Below are positions 9,343 to 18,364 of a stretch of DNA of 64,000 bases, one piece after another. The stretch's first letter is position 1; every line of letters starts with the position of its first letter. A program made the translations under genes and the position numbers. The stretch is taken from the NCBI GenBank assembly GCA_018818885.1, contig JAHIRB010000007.1:121089-185088 (forward strand), given 5' to 3'. This DNA is from Patescibacteria group bacterium (GTDB taxonomy: Bacteria > Patescibacteriota > Patescibacteriia > Buchananbacterales > SURF-54). Below the pieces are notes generated by a model, which was not told the origin of the DNA, made no database searches, and saw only the letters and a list, made by a program, of their open reading frames with translations.

Positions 9343-10842
9343 TTATCCTTTGAGCCTTTTTATATAGGCAATTAATCTTGTGGGTTTTTGTATAAATAAT
9401 TTTAACATTTTTAAATATTTTTTGGGACTAAATATTCTTTTTGATAGATCGTATCTAGCAACCCGTGATTCCAATTGCTTCGAAAACCCTTTTAGATCTT
9501 GGGGAGAAAATTCTTTGGTCTTGATCAACCCCTTTCCCCTGGCTTGCGTTCCCAAAGCTAAATTCTTTGGGGTAAGCGGTTCCAATAAATAATCATTTTG
9601 TATTACGATATCATGCAACCGTGTCCCGTACAATGGAGTAGCTACCATTAAACTAGGTGTCACATTATATTTCTTATAAAGATTGAAGGCAAAATCTATT
9701 GTATTTTGTATTTTTTCTTTAGTTTCACCAGGAAAACCTATTACGTAAAATGATCTTAGCTTAATACCAATTTTTTTGCACCACTCTGCTACTTGTTTTA
9801 TGGTAGTAAGTTTTAAATTTTTATTGATAATTTTATCTAATGTTTCTTGGTCGCCAGATTCAGTCCCAATGACCAGTTCTTCGCATCCTGTGCCTTTCAT
9901 CTTCTTAAGTAATGTCTCGTTTAAAGTATCTGCTCGCACACCGTTTGGCGTATCCCAAGTAATTTTAATATGATTATTTTGAATGCCGTCAAGAATATTT
10001 TCACAACGTTGGGGATTGAAAGTAAAATTGTCATCTTCGAACGAAATATGCTTTACTTCATATTCTTTTACAACATGATCAATGTGTGAAACCGTGTATT
10101 CAGCAGAATGTTTTCGCCACATCTTTCCCATATGCAGATGTATCGAACAAAATACACAATTAAAGGGGCAACCTCTGCTGGTTATCATTGATATTGACCT
10201 TTCGAACTTTCCAGGCCTGGTAGCAAGACCTTCCTGTAAAAATGAAAAGTACCTTTGCATATCTATCAATTCATAAGCGGGAACTGGCAGATTATCAAGA
10301 TCTTCTATTGTTTTACAATCATTCTGCTTAATTTCTCCATCTCGACGGTAGATCAACCCAGCTATATTCTCAATTGGCTGGTTGTGATTTACTGAATTGA
10401 CAAAATCAAGCATTGCATACTCCCCTTCGCCTACTACTGCATAATCCAAATTTTTGTTTTCTTCTAGATATTTTCTGCCTAAAACTGCAAAATGCGGACC
10501 TCCGGCCATTATCGTTGCTTTTGGTTTTGCCTGCCTGACTAAATTGATTGCTTTAGTTGTATTTTCTATTTGCGCGGTGAATTGCGAAGTTACGCCAACA
10601 ATATCAGGATCATATTTTTTTACCTTGTCTATAAAATAATCTTGCTCTACTCCGTGAAAAGTGTGATCATCTTTTTCCAATATTTTTGTTTTTTCATCAA
10701 TTAAAGTATCGAATATTTCAACGTTAATTCCGTTCTTTTTTAAATTTGCTGCTATGTACATAATGCCTAAGGGCAGACCAAGTCTTACGCCTTTTGAGCC
10801 ACTATAATATGTTCGTGCGGGATTAATCAGTAAAACTTTCAT
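9343..10842 (-). CDS. Cobalamin-binding radical SAM enzyme
   Basis: 499 aa. TSRGCPFNCVFCS motif; B12-binding-like N-terminus. Confidence 0.85.
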   Translation of the reverse strand: MKVLLINPARTYYSGSKGVRLGLPLGIMYIAANLKKNGINVEIFDTLIDEKTKILEKDDHTFHGVEQDYFIDKVKKYDPDIVGVTSQFTAQIENTTKAINLVRQAKPKATIMAGGPHFAVLGRKYLEENKNLDYAVVGEGEYAMLDFVNSVNHNQPIENIAGLIYRRDGEIKQNDCKTIEDLDNLPVPAYELIDMQRYFSFLQEGLATRPGKFERSISMITSRGCPFNCVFCSIHLHMGKMWRKHSAEYTVSHIDHVVKEYEVKHISFEDDNFTFNPQRCENILDGIQNNHIKITWDTPNGVRADTLNETLLKKMKGTGCEELVIGTESGDQETLDKIINKNLKLTTIKQVAEWCKKIGIKLRSFYVIGFPGETKEKIQNTIDFAFNLYKKYNVTPSLMVATPLYGTRLHDIVIQNDYLLEPLTPKNLALGTQARGKGLIKTKEFSPQDLKGFSKQLESRVARYDLSKRIFSPKKYLKMLKLFIQKPTRLIAYIKRLKG

Positions 10843-11920
10843 AGAGCTTTAAATATTTTTTTGATACTTCCTGCCAATCATTACTTTTAGCTAGCTCATA
10901 ACCATTTTGCCCTAGTTTTATAGCAAGTGCTTTATCAGACAAAATTTCATCAATAGCATCTGCTGTAGCATTAACGTCGTCTGGGGGCACTACAAGGCCA
11001 TTTTGGCTATCTTTTACTACATCTATTACACCACCAGCAGCAGAGGCTACGATAGGTATCTTGCACGCACCTGCTTCTAAATAAACAAGTCCAAACCCTT
11101 CAAACTTATTTTCTTTGATAACCTTAGGGGTTAACACAAAGATATCGGCTTCACTGTATAACTTTAATAATTCTTGATCAGATACTTTCTCAATAAATCT
11201 GACATTATCTTTAAGATCTGACTTTTCAACTATATTTCTTAAATGATAATAATAATTTTTATCTGATTGATTGCCAACTATTGTATATGACAAATCAGGA
11301 TACTTCGACTTTAACTTCGCGATTGCTTTGATGGAAATATCAAAACCTTTTCTATTTTTTAATGCCCCTACGCTTAAGATATTTTTTTTATGATCAGAAG
11401 TATTTTCTTCTTTTATATTTTTGTTGAATTTTTCAAAATCTACTCCATTATTTATTACTACTGTATTATCTAATTTAATTCTTTTTAAAATTTCGCTTTG
11501 TGTAAAACTACTTACACAAATAATCTTTTTTGCTTTTTTGTAAAATCCTCTAACTAAATATTTATAAAATTTGTGATCTAAAGATGAAACAGCATAGGTG
11601 CCGTGAGCTGTTAAAAAATATGGTTTTGTTTTTATGGTTGAAAAAATTAAAAACCTTGGTAGGTCTGTGCAAAAATGCACTACATCACAATTCTTTGCGT
11701 GACTTCTTACAATTTTACGAAACTCCAAAAATGACCTTAAGTCTTTTTTTAGATTTAAATTAGGTGCATTGATAAAGGTGACGTTACTTAATGCTTCATT
11801 ATGATCTGGCGAAATAATTGTAACATTATGATTTTGGGAATACTCATTAATCAATCCTAAACAATACCTTCCCTGTCCATCTTTTTCTGAAAGTGTTTTT
11901 GTAATTAATAATATCTTCAT
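10823..11920 (-). CDS. Glycosyltransferase family 4 (GT-B)
   Basis: EGFGLVYLEAGACKIPIVASAAGG motif typical of GT4. Confidence 0.7.
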   Translation of the reverse strand: MKILLITKTLSEKDGQGRYCLGLINEYSQNHNVTIISPDHNEALSNVTFINAPNLNLKKDLRSFLEFRKIVRSHAKNCDVVHFCTDLPRFLIFSTIKTKPYFLTAHGTYAVSSLDHKFYKYLVRGFYKKAKKIICVSSFTQSEILKRIKLDNTVVINNGVDFEKFNKNIKEENTSDHKKNILSVGALKNRKGFDISIKAIAKLKSKYPDLSYTIVGNQSDKNYYYHLRNIVEKSDLKDNVRFIEKVSDQELLKLYSEADIFVLTPKVIKENKFEGFGLVYLEAGACKIPIVASAAGGVIDVVKDSQNGLVVPPDDVNATADAIDEILSDKALAIKLGQNGYELAKSNDWQEVSKKYLKLYESFTD

Positions 11921-13269
11921 TTTTTCTTAACTAAATGAATCAAAAATTTTGGATTTAAAAAATATGCTTTTCCATACTTTTTTTTATACTTATAATGCCT
12001 AAGTACCATAAGCGCTCTTTTGGGACTATATCTAACTCCAATCCTGCCTGCATATTTTTCGATATTCTCCCAGCTAAATTTCTTATCTGGATTTAGTTCT
12101 TTTAGTTTTTGATAAAGCTTTGTACCAGGGTACGGAATAGCTGGATTGAAATTTTTGACCTTTAGATCGTGGTCTAATATAAAATTAACTGTTTCTTGAA
12201 TCGTTTCTTTGTCTTCTCCAGGACAATTGATTAAAACGTAATAACCCACATCAATCTTGTTTTCTCTTAATATATATATTGCTTGTTTAAGATCTTTTTG
12301 TGTAGTTTTTTTATTGATGTTTTCTAAAATTTGATCTGATGCTGATTCTAGACCAATATTAATTTTAAAGCATCCAGCTTTTTTTATTTTTTCAATTATA
12401 TCTTGATTTCTGACGATATCTGTGGCTCTGGCATTACAACCCCAACTAATCTTGATTTCGTTATTAATTAATAAATCGCTAATTTTTTCCACCCGAGGTA
12501 TGTCAACTAAATATTCCCAATCTTGAAAATAAATTGATTTAATACCAAAATTTATTATCAGATACTCAATTTCAATGAGTACTCGTTCTGGACTTTGGCT
12601 GATATAATTACCTTCTGACATTGCTTTAAGGCAAAACGTACATGAATAAGGGCAACCTCGTGAAGTCATCATAATAGAAAAAGGATCTTTAAAGCCTGAC
12701 GCATGATATTTTTCCATTGGCAATAATTCGTATGCTGGTAAAGGCAATGCATCTAAATCGTTTATTCTTCCTGCTTGAGAGTTGTGAATTATTTTTTTAT
12801 CTTGTTTAAAGGATATACCTTTGACATCAACTAACTGACCTTTTGCAGATAAATTGTCGACAGTTTCCTCCACAATTTTTTCTGGCTCACCCTTAACCAC
12901 AATATCAGCTTTAGACTTATTGAAAATCCAGTCAGGATCCACTGTGCCATGGCTCCCTGTGATTATCTTGTGCTTAGCTTTTGTAGCATCTAAAATTTTA
13001 AAAATATTATTAATATGAGAATTAGGACACTCCCACCTATCTATTGGCGTAGTTGTTAAAATTAAAACTTCTGACTCAAATTCATTAATAGAATCAATAG
13101 TTTTTTGTACAGTATAATTTAAAACATTAGCATCTAAAAATCTGATCTCGTGACCCTTATCCTGCAGAATTGCTGCAATCGTAGCTAAAGAAAGAGGCTG
13201 ACGTGCGCGTACGTTCATGACTGACCTTCTTTCTATGTTAAAATTTGGATTTAAGATAAATATCTTCAT
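11917..13269 (-). CDS. Cobalamin-binding radical SAM enzyme
   Basis: 450 aa. TSRGCPYSCTFCLK motif. Confidence 0.85.
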   Translation of the reverse strand: MKIFILNPNFNIERRSVMNVRARQPLSLATIAAILQDKGHEIRFLDANVLNYTVQKTIDSINEFESEVLILTTTPIDRWECPNSHINNIFKILDATKAKHKIITGSHGTVDPDWIFNKSKADIVVKGEPEKIVEETVDNLSAKGQLVDVKGISFKQDKKIIHNSQAGRINDLDALPLPAYELLPMEKYHASGFKDPFSIMMTSRGCPYSCTFCLKAMSEGNYISQSPERVLIEIEYLIINFGIKSIYFQDWEYLVDIPRVEKISDLLINNEIKISWGCNARATDIVRNQDIIEKIKKAGCFKINIGLESASDQILENINKKTTQKDLKQAIYILRENKIDVGYYVLINCPGEDKETIQETVNFILDHDLKVKNFNPAIPYPGTKLYQKLKELNPDKKFSWENIEKYAGRIGVRYSPKRALMVLRHYKYKKKYGKAYFLNPKFLIHLVKKK

Positions 13270-13850
13270 TTTTCTAAATATATTACAAAACCTGATGTTT
13301 GGTTTTTTGATTTAAAAATACTATCGATTATTCGTGCTAGGGGAGAAAATACCTTCCGATAAATTTTAATCGGTATTAAATTTACCAGTGTTTCAAATAA
13401 ACCTCTGATATTTTTGATTTCAATGGCAGAAAACTTCTTAAACATATGTTTCGCGCCCTCTTTGGTAAATCGATAATAATCGCCATAATATCCTTTTTCT
13501 GCATGATAAGGATATAAAAAAGGCAAAGAAACTAGACATTTTCCATTTGGCTTTAGAACACGATAAATTTCTGAAACTGCCTTGAATGGATCGTCAATAT
13601 GTTCCAAAACTGCACGACAGATTACTGCGTCAACTGAACTATCATCCAACGGAATATTTTTTATATCACCAACAATATCTGGCTTGTATTCGGAAACAGT
13701 ATCTAATGTTTTATAATCTTTTCCTTGAAATATTTCCTCATACTCCTTCATCCCCTTTTGAAAACGATTGCCTCCTCCTACATCCAATATTGAGTTTGAA
13801 TCTTTGGCAATTAATTTTATTTTTTCATCCCAAAATTTTATCCACATCAT
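13266..13850 (-). CDS. Class I SAM-dependent methyltransferase
   Basis: ILDVGGGNR motif I; acidic post-I residue; 194 aa. Confidence 0.7.
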   Translation of the reverse strand: MMWIKFWDEKIKLIAKDSNSILDVGGGNRFQKGMKEYEEIFQGKDYKTLDTVSEYKPDIVGDIKNIPLDDSSVDAVICRAVLEHIDDPFKAVSEIYRVLKPNGKCLVSLPFLYPYHAEKGYYGDYYRFTKEGAKHMFKKFSAIEIKNIRGLFETLVNLIPIKIYRKVFSPLARIIDSIFKSKNQTSGFVIYLEK

Positions 13851-13940
13851 ACCCGGTAGTGAAAATTTGATTTATTAATCATATATTATTTTTATTACCC
13901 GTTGTGATTTGATATCTTATCAAATTTTCACTACCGGGCA
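13851..13940. repeat. Palindromic leader element, copy 1 (arms CCCGGTAGTGAAAATTTGAT / ATCAAATTTTCACTACCGGG)
   Basis: 20-21-bp inverted arms at 13852-13871 and 13919-13938 flank about 47 bp and abut the start codon at 13850. The same arms recur at 58701-58791. Confidence 0.5.
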
Positions 13941-13942
13941 TA

Positions 13943-15100
13943 TTATTTTATAAAAATTAAAATATTTTTTGCACGTTTTTGCCAAGTGTATTCTTTAACA
14001 TCTAGATATGCATGGCTGACTATACTATTAACCAAATTCTTATCATTTAATAATTTTTTTATACCATCAGAGAGCGCTTTTGGATCATCTGACTTAACCA
14101 AAACTGAATTATCAGTATCTAAGATTTCTCTTATTGATTGCAAGTCTGAAGCTACAACTGGTTTTTTGGCTGCCATATATTCAAATAGTTTCATCGGCGA
14201 GGTATACTTAACCGATATTTGTTTTTCTTTAGAGTTAGGTAATACAACAACGTCAGCTGCCCTTAGAAATATCGGAATCATTGTTGGGCTTTGATGCCTA
14301 ATACTCTTAACGTTTGATAATCCATTTTTATCTATATAATTATTTAAACGTGCTCTATCATGTTCCATACCACCAACAAAAACAATTAATTCTTTATTGG
14401 ATAAATATTTTGCACTTTCAGCTAATGTAAAAACTCCTTTCCATCTAAATAGATGTCCAGTATATAATATAATATTTTTTTCTTGCGAAAAATAATCATA
14501 ATATTTTTCTAAATATTGACGGCATTCTTTCTTTGACTTATCAATATCAAACTGATAAATGCTAACACCGTCAGGGGCTACCATTATCTTACTATCATCT
14601 ATTTCTAATTGATCCACTAGAAGTTTCTTTAATGACTTAGTAATTACTACGATCCTTTTGCACCTCTTAAACAGCATTTTGTATAAAGTAAACTTACTTT
14701 GAGGAAAAGTGTGTAGTTCGAACACAATATTTTTTTTAAATAATGAAAGAAAAAAACTTGAAAACTCATCTCGTGAGTAGATAATATCGGGCTTTTTATT
14801 AGCGAGATATCTCAATGCCGACAATGCAAAGCTTGTGTTTTGAATAGGAACACTCAAACCTTTAAACGATCTACCCATAGCGACAATATCTAAAAGCCAA
14901 AGTTTTTTTATTTCGAACTCATTTTTTATTCCGTAATATTGAAAAGGCTTAATATGTTCAAGTTGATTATCTTTTCTGTTTGCTACTACTAACTCAACAT
15001 CAACACCTTGATTTTTAAAAGCTTCACACATCTTCATAATCTGCAACCCATGTGCTTTTTCTGTCGGGATTCTCGCGTTGGCTAAATATATAATTTTCAT
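13943..15100 (-). CDS. Glycosyltransferase family 4
   Basis: 385-aa GT-B. C-terminal nucleotide-sugar-binding region (LPNSKEKQISVKYTSPMKLFEYMAAKKPVVAS). Confidence 0.65.
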   Translation of the reverse strand: MKIIYLANARIPTEKAHGLQIMKMCEAFKNQGVDVELVVANRKDNQLEHIKPFQYYGIKNEFEIKKLWLLDIVAMGRSFKGLSVPIQNTSFALSALRYLANKKPDIIYSRDEFSSFFLSLFKKNIVFELHTFPQSKFTLYKMLFKRCKRIVVITKSLKKLLVDQLEIDDSKIMVAPDGVSIYQFDIDKSKKECRQYLEKYYDYFSQEKNIILYTGHLFRWKGVFTLAESAKYLSNKELIVFVGGMEHDRARLNNYIDKNGLSNVKSIRHQSPTMIPIFLRAADVVVLPNSKEKQISVKYTSPMKLFEYMAAKKPVVASDLQSIREILDTDNSVLVKSDDPKALSDGIKKLLNDKNLVNSIVSHAYLDVKEYTWQKRAKNILIFIK

Positions 15101-15105
15101 AAATA

Positions 15106-16149
15106 CTATATGGTTTGTTTTATTATGTTGACTAGTTCCTGACCTAATATTTTTGGCTGAAATCTTTGCTGATATAATTCATGACCACTAGCAGCGATTT
15201 TATTTCTAAGGTCAGGGTTATCTTTTAATTTCATGACTTTATCCGCTAAATCTTGAGGGTCTGCAGTTTTACAGAATAAGACGTTCTCTGCATTTTCTAA
15301 AATTTCCTTAGTAGCAGTTGATTCTGAAGTTATCAAAGGTTTTTTGCATGCCAAGCTTTCAAAAATTTTATTCGGTATAACTAAATCTTTTTTAGGTGTG
15401 TTTCCAAACACTCCTAAGCAAATATCAGCATTATTGATTAATGTATTCAATTCTTCTTGAGAAACCTCGTTATGAAAAACTACATTTTGTAATCCTTGGC
15501 TTTCTACTTTTTGTTTAATCTTTTCATATCTGCTAGTAAAGCGTGTGACAATTTGCCATTTGATATATTCATTTTTCAAAATATTTGCTGCCTCAATAAC
15601 ATACTCTATTCCGTGAAAAGGTACTAAATAACCATGAAAATGAACAATAAACTTGCTATCCTTTTTTTCTTTTGGATAAAAATACTTATTATCTGCGCCT
15701 GCATAAATCTTTTTGAATTTATCTTTTGGTAAATTGAAAGTTTTTACAAAATAATCAATGTGCGCTTGTGTATCTAACAAAACTACATCAGCTAGCTGGC
15801 ACGAAATTTTATCTCTAAAATAATCAAACTTTGCTTTTAAACTGCTCTGGCTATATCGTTTGCGATCAAAAACATTTGTGTTGTACAAAGAAACAAAAGC
15901 ATCAAATATTATTTTCTTTTTGCAAATTAACTTTGCCCAAGGCATTATTCCTTGACCCAAAAATCCTACAACAACTACATCATGTTCTTTTATCTTTTTA
16001 TATTTAGAATATAACTCCCAATATTTTTTAAAACCTTTAGCTCTGGAATTGCATTCAATTACTTCCACGCCATTAGCTTCTAAGCCCTGTATCAATATAT
16101 TATTTCTTGGATACCTCTTACTGTATATTCCAAAATAACAAACCTTCAT
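15106..16149 (-). CDS. Glycosyltransferase (GT-B, GT4-like)
   Basis: 347-aa GT-B-like (ESLACKKPLITSE...). Confidence 0.55.
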   Translation of the reverse strand: MKVCYFGIYSKRYPRNNILIQGLEANGVEVIECNSRAKGFKKYWELYSKYKKIKEHDVVVVGFLGQGIMPWAKLICKKKIIFDAFVSLYNTNVFDRKRYSQSSLKAKFDYFRDKISCQLADVVLLDTQAHIDYFVKTFNLPKDKFKKIYAGADNKYFYPKEKKDSKFIVHFHGYLVPFHGIEYVIEAANILKNEYIKWQIVTRFTSRYEKIKQKVESQGLQNVVFHNEVSQEELNTLINNADICLGVFGNTPKKDLVIPNKIFESLACKKPLITSESTATKEILENAENVLFCKTADPQDLADKVMKLKDNPDLRNKIAASGHELYQQRFQPKILGQELVNIIKQTI

Positions 16150-16155
16150 AGTTAC

Positions 16156-16235
16156 AAATTACGAATTAATACGAATATACGAATAGTATAAATCTCGCAT
16201 TTGTAGATTTGTATGGATTCGTAATTCGTAATTTA
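16156..16235. repeat. TACGAAT / ATTCGTA inverted-repeat cluster, copy 1
   Basis: GTTACAAATTACGAATTAATACGAATATACGAAT ... GGATTCGTAATTCGTAATT. The same organisation recurs at 33384-33455, including the GTTACAAAT core. Confidence 0.45.
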
Positions 16236-16961
16236 TCATATTTTTTTTATATTCTTTAACTTTCTTAATAAGTGTACTATCTTAGCAAACACTGCCCCAT
16301 ACTTATAATCAATATAATAAACTTCTGACCCTGTTTTTAAATTATATTTTCCGCTTGCAGTGTTATGAATAAGTTCAGCTACCTTCTTAGGATCAACCCC
16401 GTCTTGCGGTCCCATTTTAGTCTTGGTTCCAGGTGGCGCCACTAAATAGACTTTTCTGTCCGACAATTCTTTGGCTAAAGCCTTGGTAAAAGCACGCAGA
16501 CCAAATTTTGTTACACAATATGTGGTAAATTTTCTTTGAGCGAAAAGTCCAAGAATACTTCCAATATTAATTATGGTTTCTTTGATGTTTGGCAGTAATA
16601 ATTTTGTCAGCTTGATTGTGCCTAGCAGATTTGTTTGAATTTGTTTTTCAATATCTTCGATACTTGTATCTGCAAAGTTACTAATGACTATATTAGCGGC
16701 ATTATTTATTAAAATGTCAGTTTGATTAATCTTATGTGAAAAATTTTCTATACTTTGATGATTTGTTAAATCAAGATGATGCAATTCTACTTTCTTTGCT
16801 CCTAGCTCTAAACATTTTGCTTTGACCGCTTGGCCTTCTTGCTCGTTTTCGTAATAAGTCAATATCAAATTAGCCCCATCTTTTGCCATTAGATAGCCAG
16901 TTTGTTCTCCGATTCCAGAGTTAGCTCCAGTGATGATGATTGTTTTATTTTGCAGTGACAT
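16236..16961 (-). CDS. Short-chain dehydrogenase/reductase (SDR)
   Basis: TGANSGIGEQ glycine-rich NAD(P)-binding motif; 241 aa. Confidence 0.75.
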   Translation of the reverse strand: MSLQNKTIIITGANSGIGEQTGYLMAKDGANLILTYYENEQEGQAVKAKCLELGAKKVELHHLDLTNHQSIENFSHKINQTDILINNAANIVISNFADTSIEDIEKQIQTNLLGTIKLTKLLLPNIKETIINIGSILGLFAQRKFTTYCVTKFGLRAFTKALAKELSDRKVYLVAPPGTKTKMGPQDGVDPKKVAELIHNTASGKYNLKTGSEVYYIDYKYGAVFAKIVHLLRKLKNIKKI

Positions 16962-18207
16962 TATTTATTATTTTTAATAATTTATTTACTACAACATTAT
17001 AAGTATAGTTTTGTTCTACCCGACTTCTAGCGGTTTGACCTAGCTTGTCTGCTAGCTCTGGATTATTTAATATTGTAATAATAGCTTCTGCTAATTTTTG
17101 TGAATTCTTGGTAGGTACAATTATGCCAGTTTGGCCATCGATATTAATTGACGGACTTGCACCAGCGTCTGACGTAACTACAGGTACTCCGCAAGCCATT
17201 GCTTCTATTGTAACCTGCCCAAATGTTTCCATCCAAATTGATGGTATTACCATAACATCGCAAGCGTTAATATATTCTGCAAGTTTTTCAAATGGCTGTT
17301 TACCTGCAAGCTGTACTTGATCTTTGATATTTAGCTTATCTATCATTGTACTCATTCTTTCACTTTCTCCTCCTCCACCAACTATCACTAAACTGACATT
17401 ATTGATTTGCGAAATTACTTTAGGCATTGCTTCTAATAAAACTCCAATGCCTTTTTCTGCGAAATTAATTCTGCCAATAAACAAAATTACTTTATCACTC
17501 TTAATATTAAAATTTGACCTTAACTCTTGTTTTTTATCTAATGGACGAAATATGTCAGTTTCGATTGATACTGGTAAAATTTCAACCTTATTTGGGCTTA
17601 GGCCCATCTGTATTGCCTCGTCTGCTGCTATTTGACTTACAAAGGCAACTTTATCACATTTTTTATAAATTTCGTCTGCAAATTTCTTGTGATTTTTCTT
17701 GTCTAGTAAAACTTCAAATAATTGTTTTAGACCAACGGATTTGAATATCTTATATATTACTTTTTCTCCGAATACTTCATCAGCTGATCTTTCAAAATGC
17801 CATTTCCACGTTGTTATTTGTCTAAATATTACTGGTGCTGATAGTTTTTCTTTGATTTGACTTACTGCATAACCAGTTTCACGTGCTTGCCAAATCATTA
17901 TTGCGTCAACATCTTTTTGCTGCAAAACTTTTTTTTGCGTTGCTTTGATATATAATAAACGAATAATTCGATTTAAAGGGAATAACCACAGCTTGTTCAC
18001 CATCGGCGGGTAATATCGAACAACCTTGATTCCATCAACATTAGTGCTTCCTTTTTTAAACGGTGTTAACCAAGGTGCTATTACTTTTACTTCGTGACCT
18101 TGCTTGACTAACTTTCTTAAAATCTCAATAAAATAATGATAGGTTCCTAAATGCTTACCAATTTCTTCCTCTGTGCCAAATTTGTATGCAACTACACAAA
18201 GCTTCAT
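16945..18207 (-). CDS. Glycosyltransferase family 4
   Basis: ETFGQVTIEAMACGVPVVTSDAG motif. Confidence 0.7.
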   Translation of the reverse strand: MKLCVVAYKFGTEEEIGKHLGTYHYFIEILRKLVKQGHEVKVIAPWLTPFKKGSTNVDGIKVVRYYPPMVNKLWLFPLNRIIRLLYIKATQKKVLQQKDVDAIMIWQARETGYAVSQIKEKLSAPVIFRQITTWKWHFERSADEVFGEKVIYKIFKSVGLKQLFEVLLDKKNHKKFADEIYKKCDKVAFVSQIAADEAIQMGLSPNKVEILPVSIETDIFRPLDKKQELRSNFNIKSDKVILFIGRINFAEKGIGVLLEAMPKVISQINNVSLVIVGGGGESERMSTMIDKLNIKDQVQLAGKQPFEKLAEYINACDVMVIPSIWMETFGQVTIEAMACGVPVVTSDAGASPSINIDGQTGIIVPTKNSQKLAEAIITILNNPELADKLGQTARSRVEQNYTYNVVVNKLLKIINNVTAK

Positions 18208-18320
18208 ATGATAAAAATATATCTAAATTTAGTTATTTTATAGATTAAATTAACATTTTTTATTTGACAGCACCTGATTAATAAGCTATATTTCTATTTA
18301 GATGCTATCATTCATAGTAT

Positions 18321-18362
18321 CTTATAAAAACAAGCGTCGCCCGTTGTGGGCCATGGCTTGTT
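18321..18362 (-). terminator. Rho-independent terminator downstream of the DUF3800 gene
   Basis: Minus strand: ACAAGCC-ATGGCCCACAACGGGCGAC-GCTTGT followed by TTTTTAT. Confidence 0.5.
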
Positions 18363-18364
18363 TT

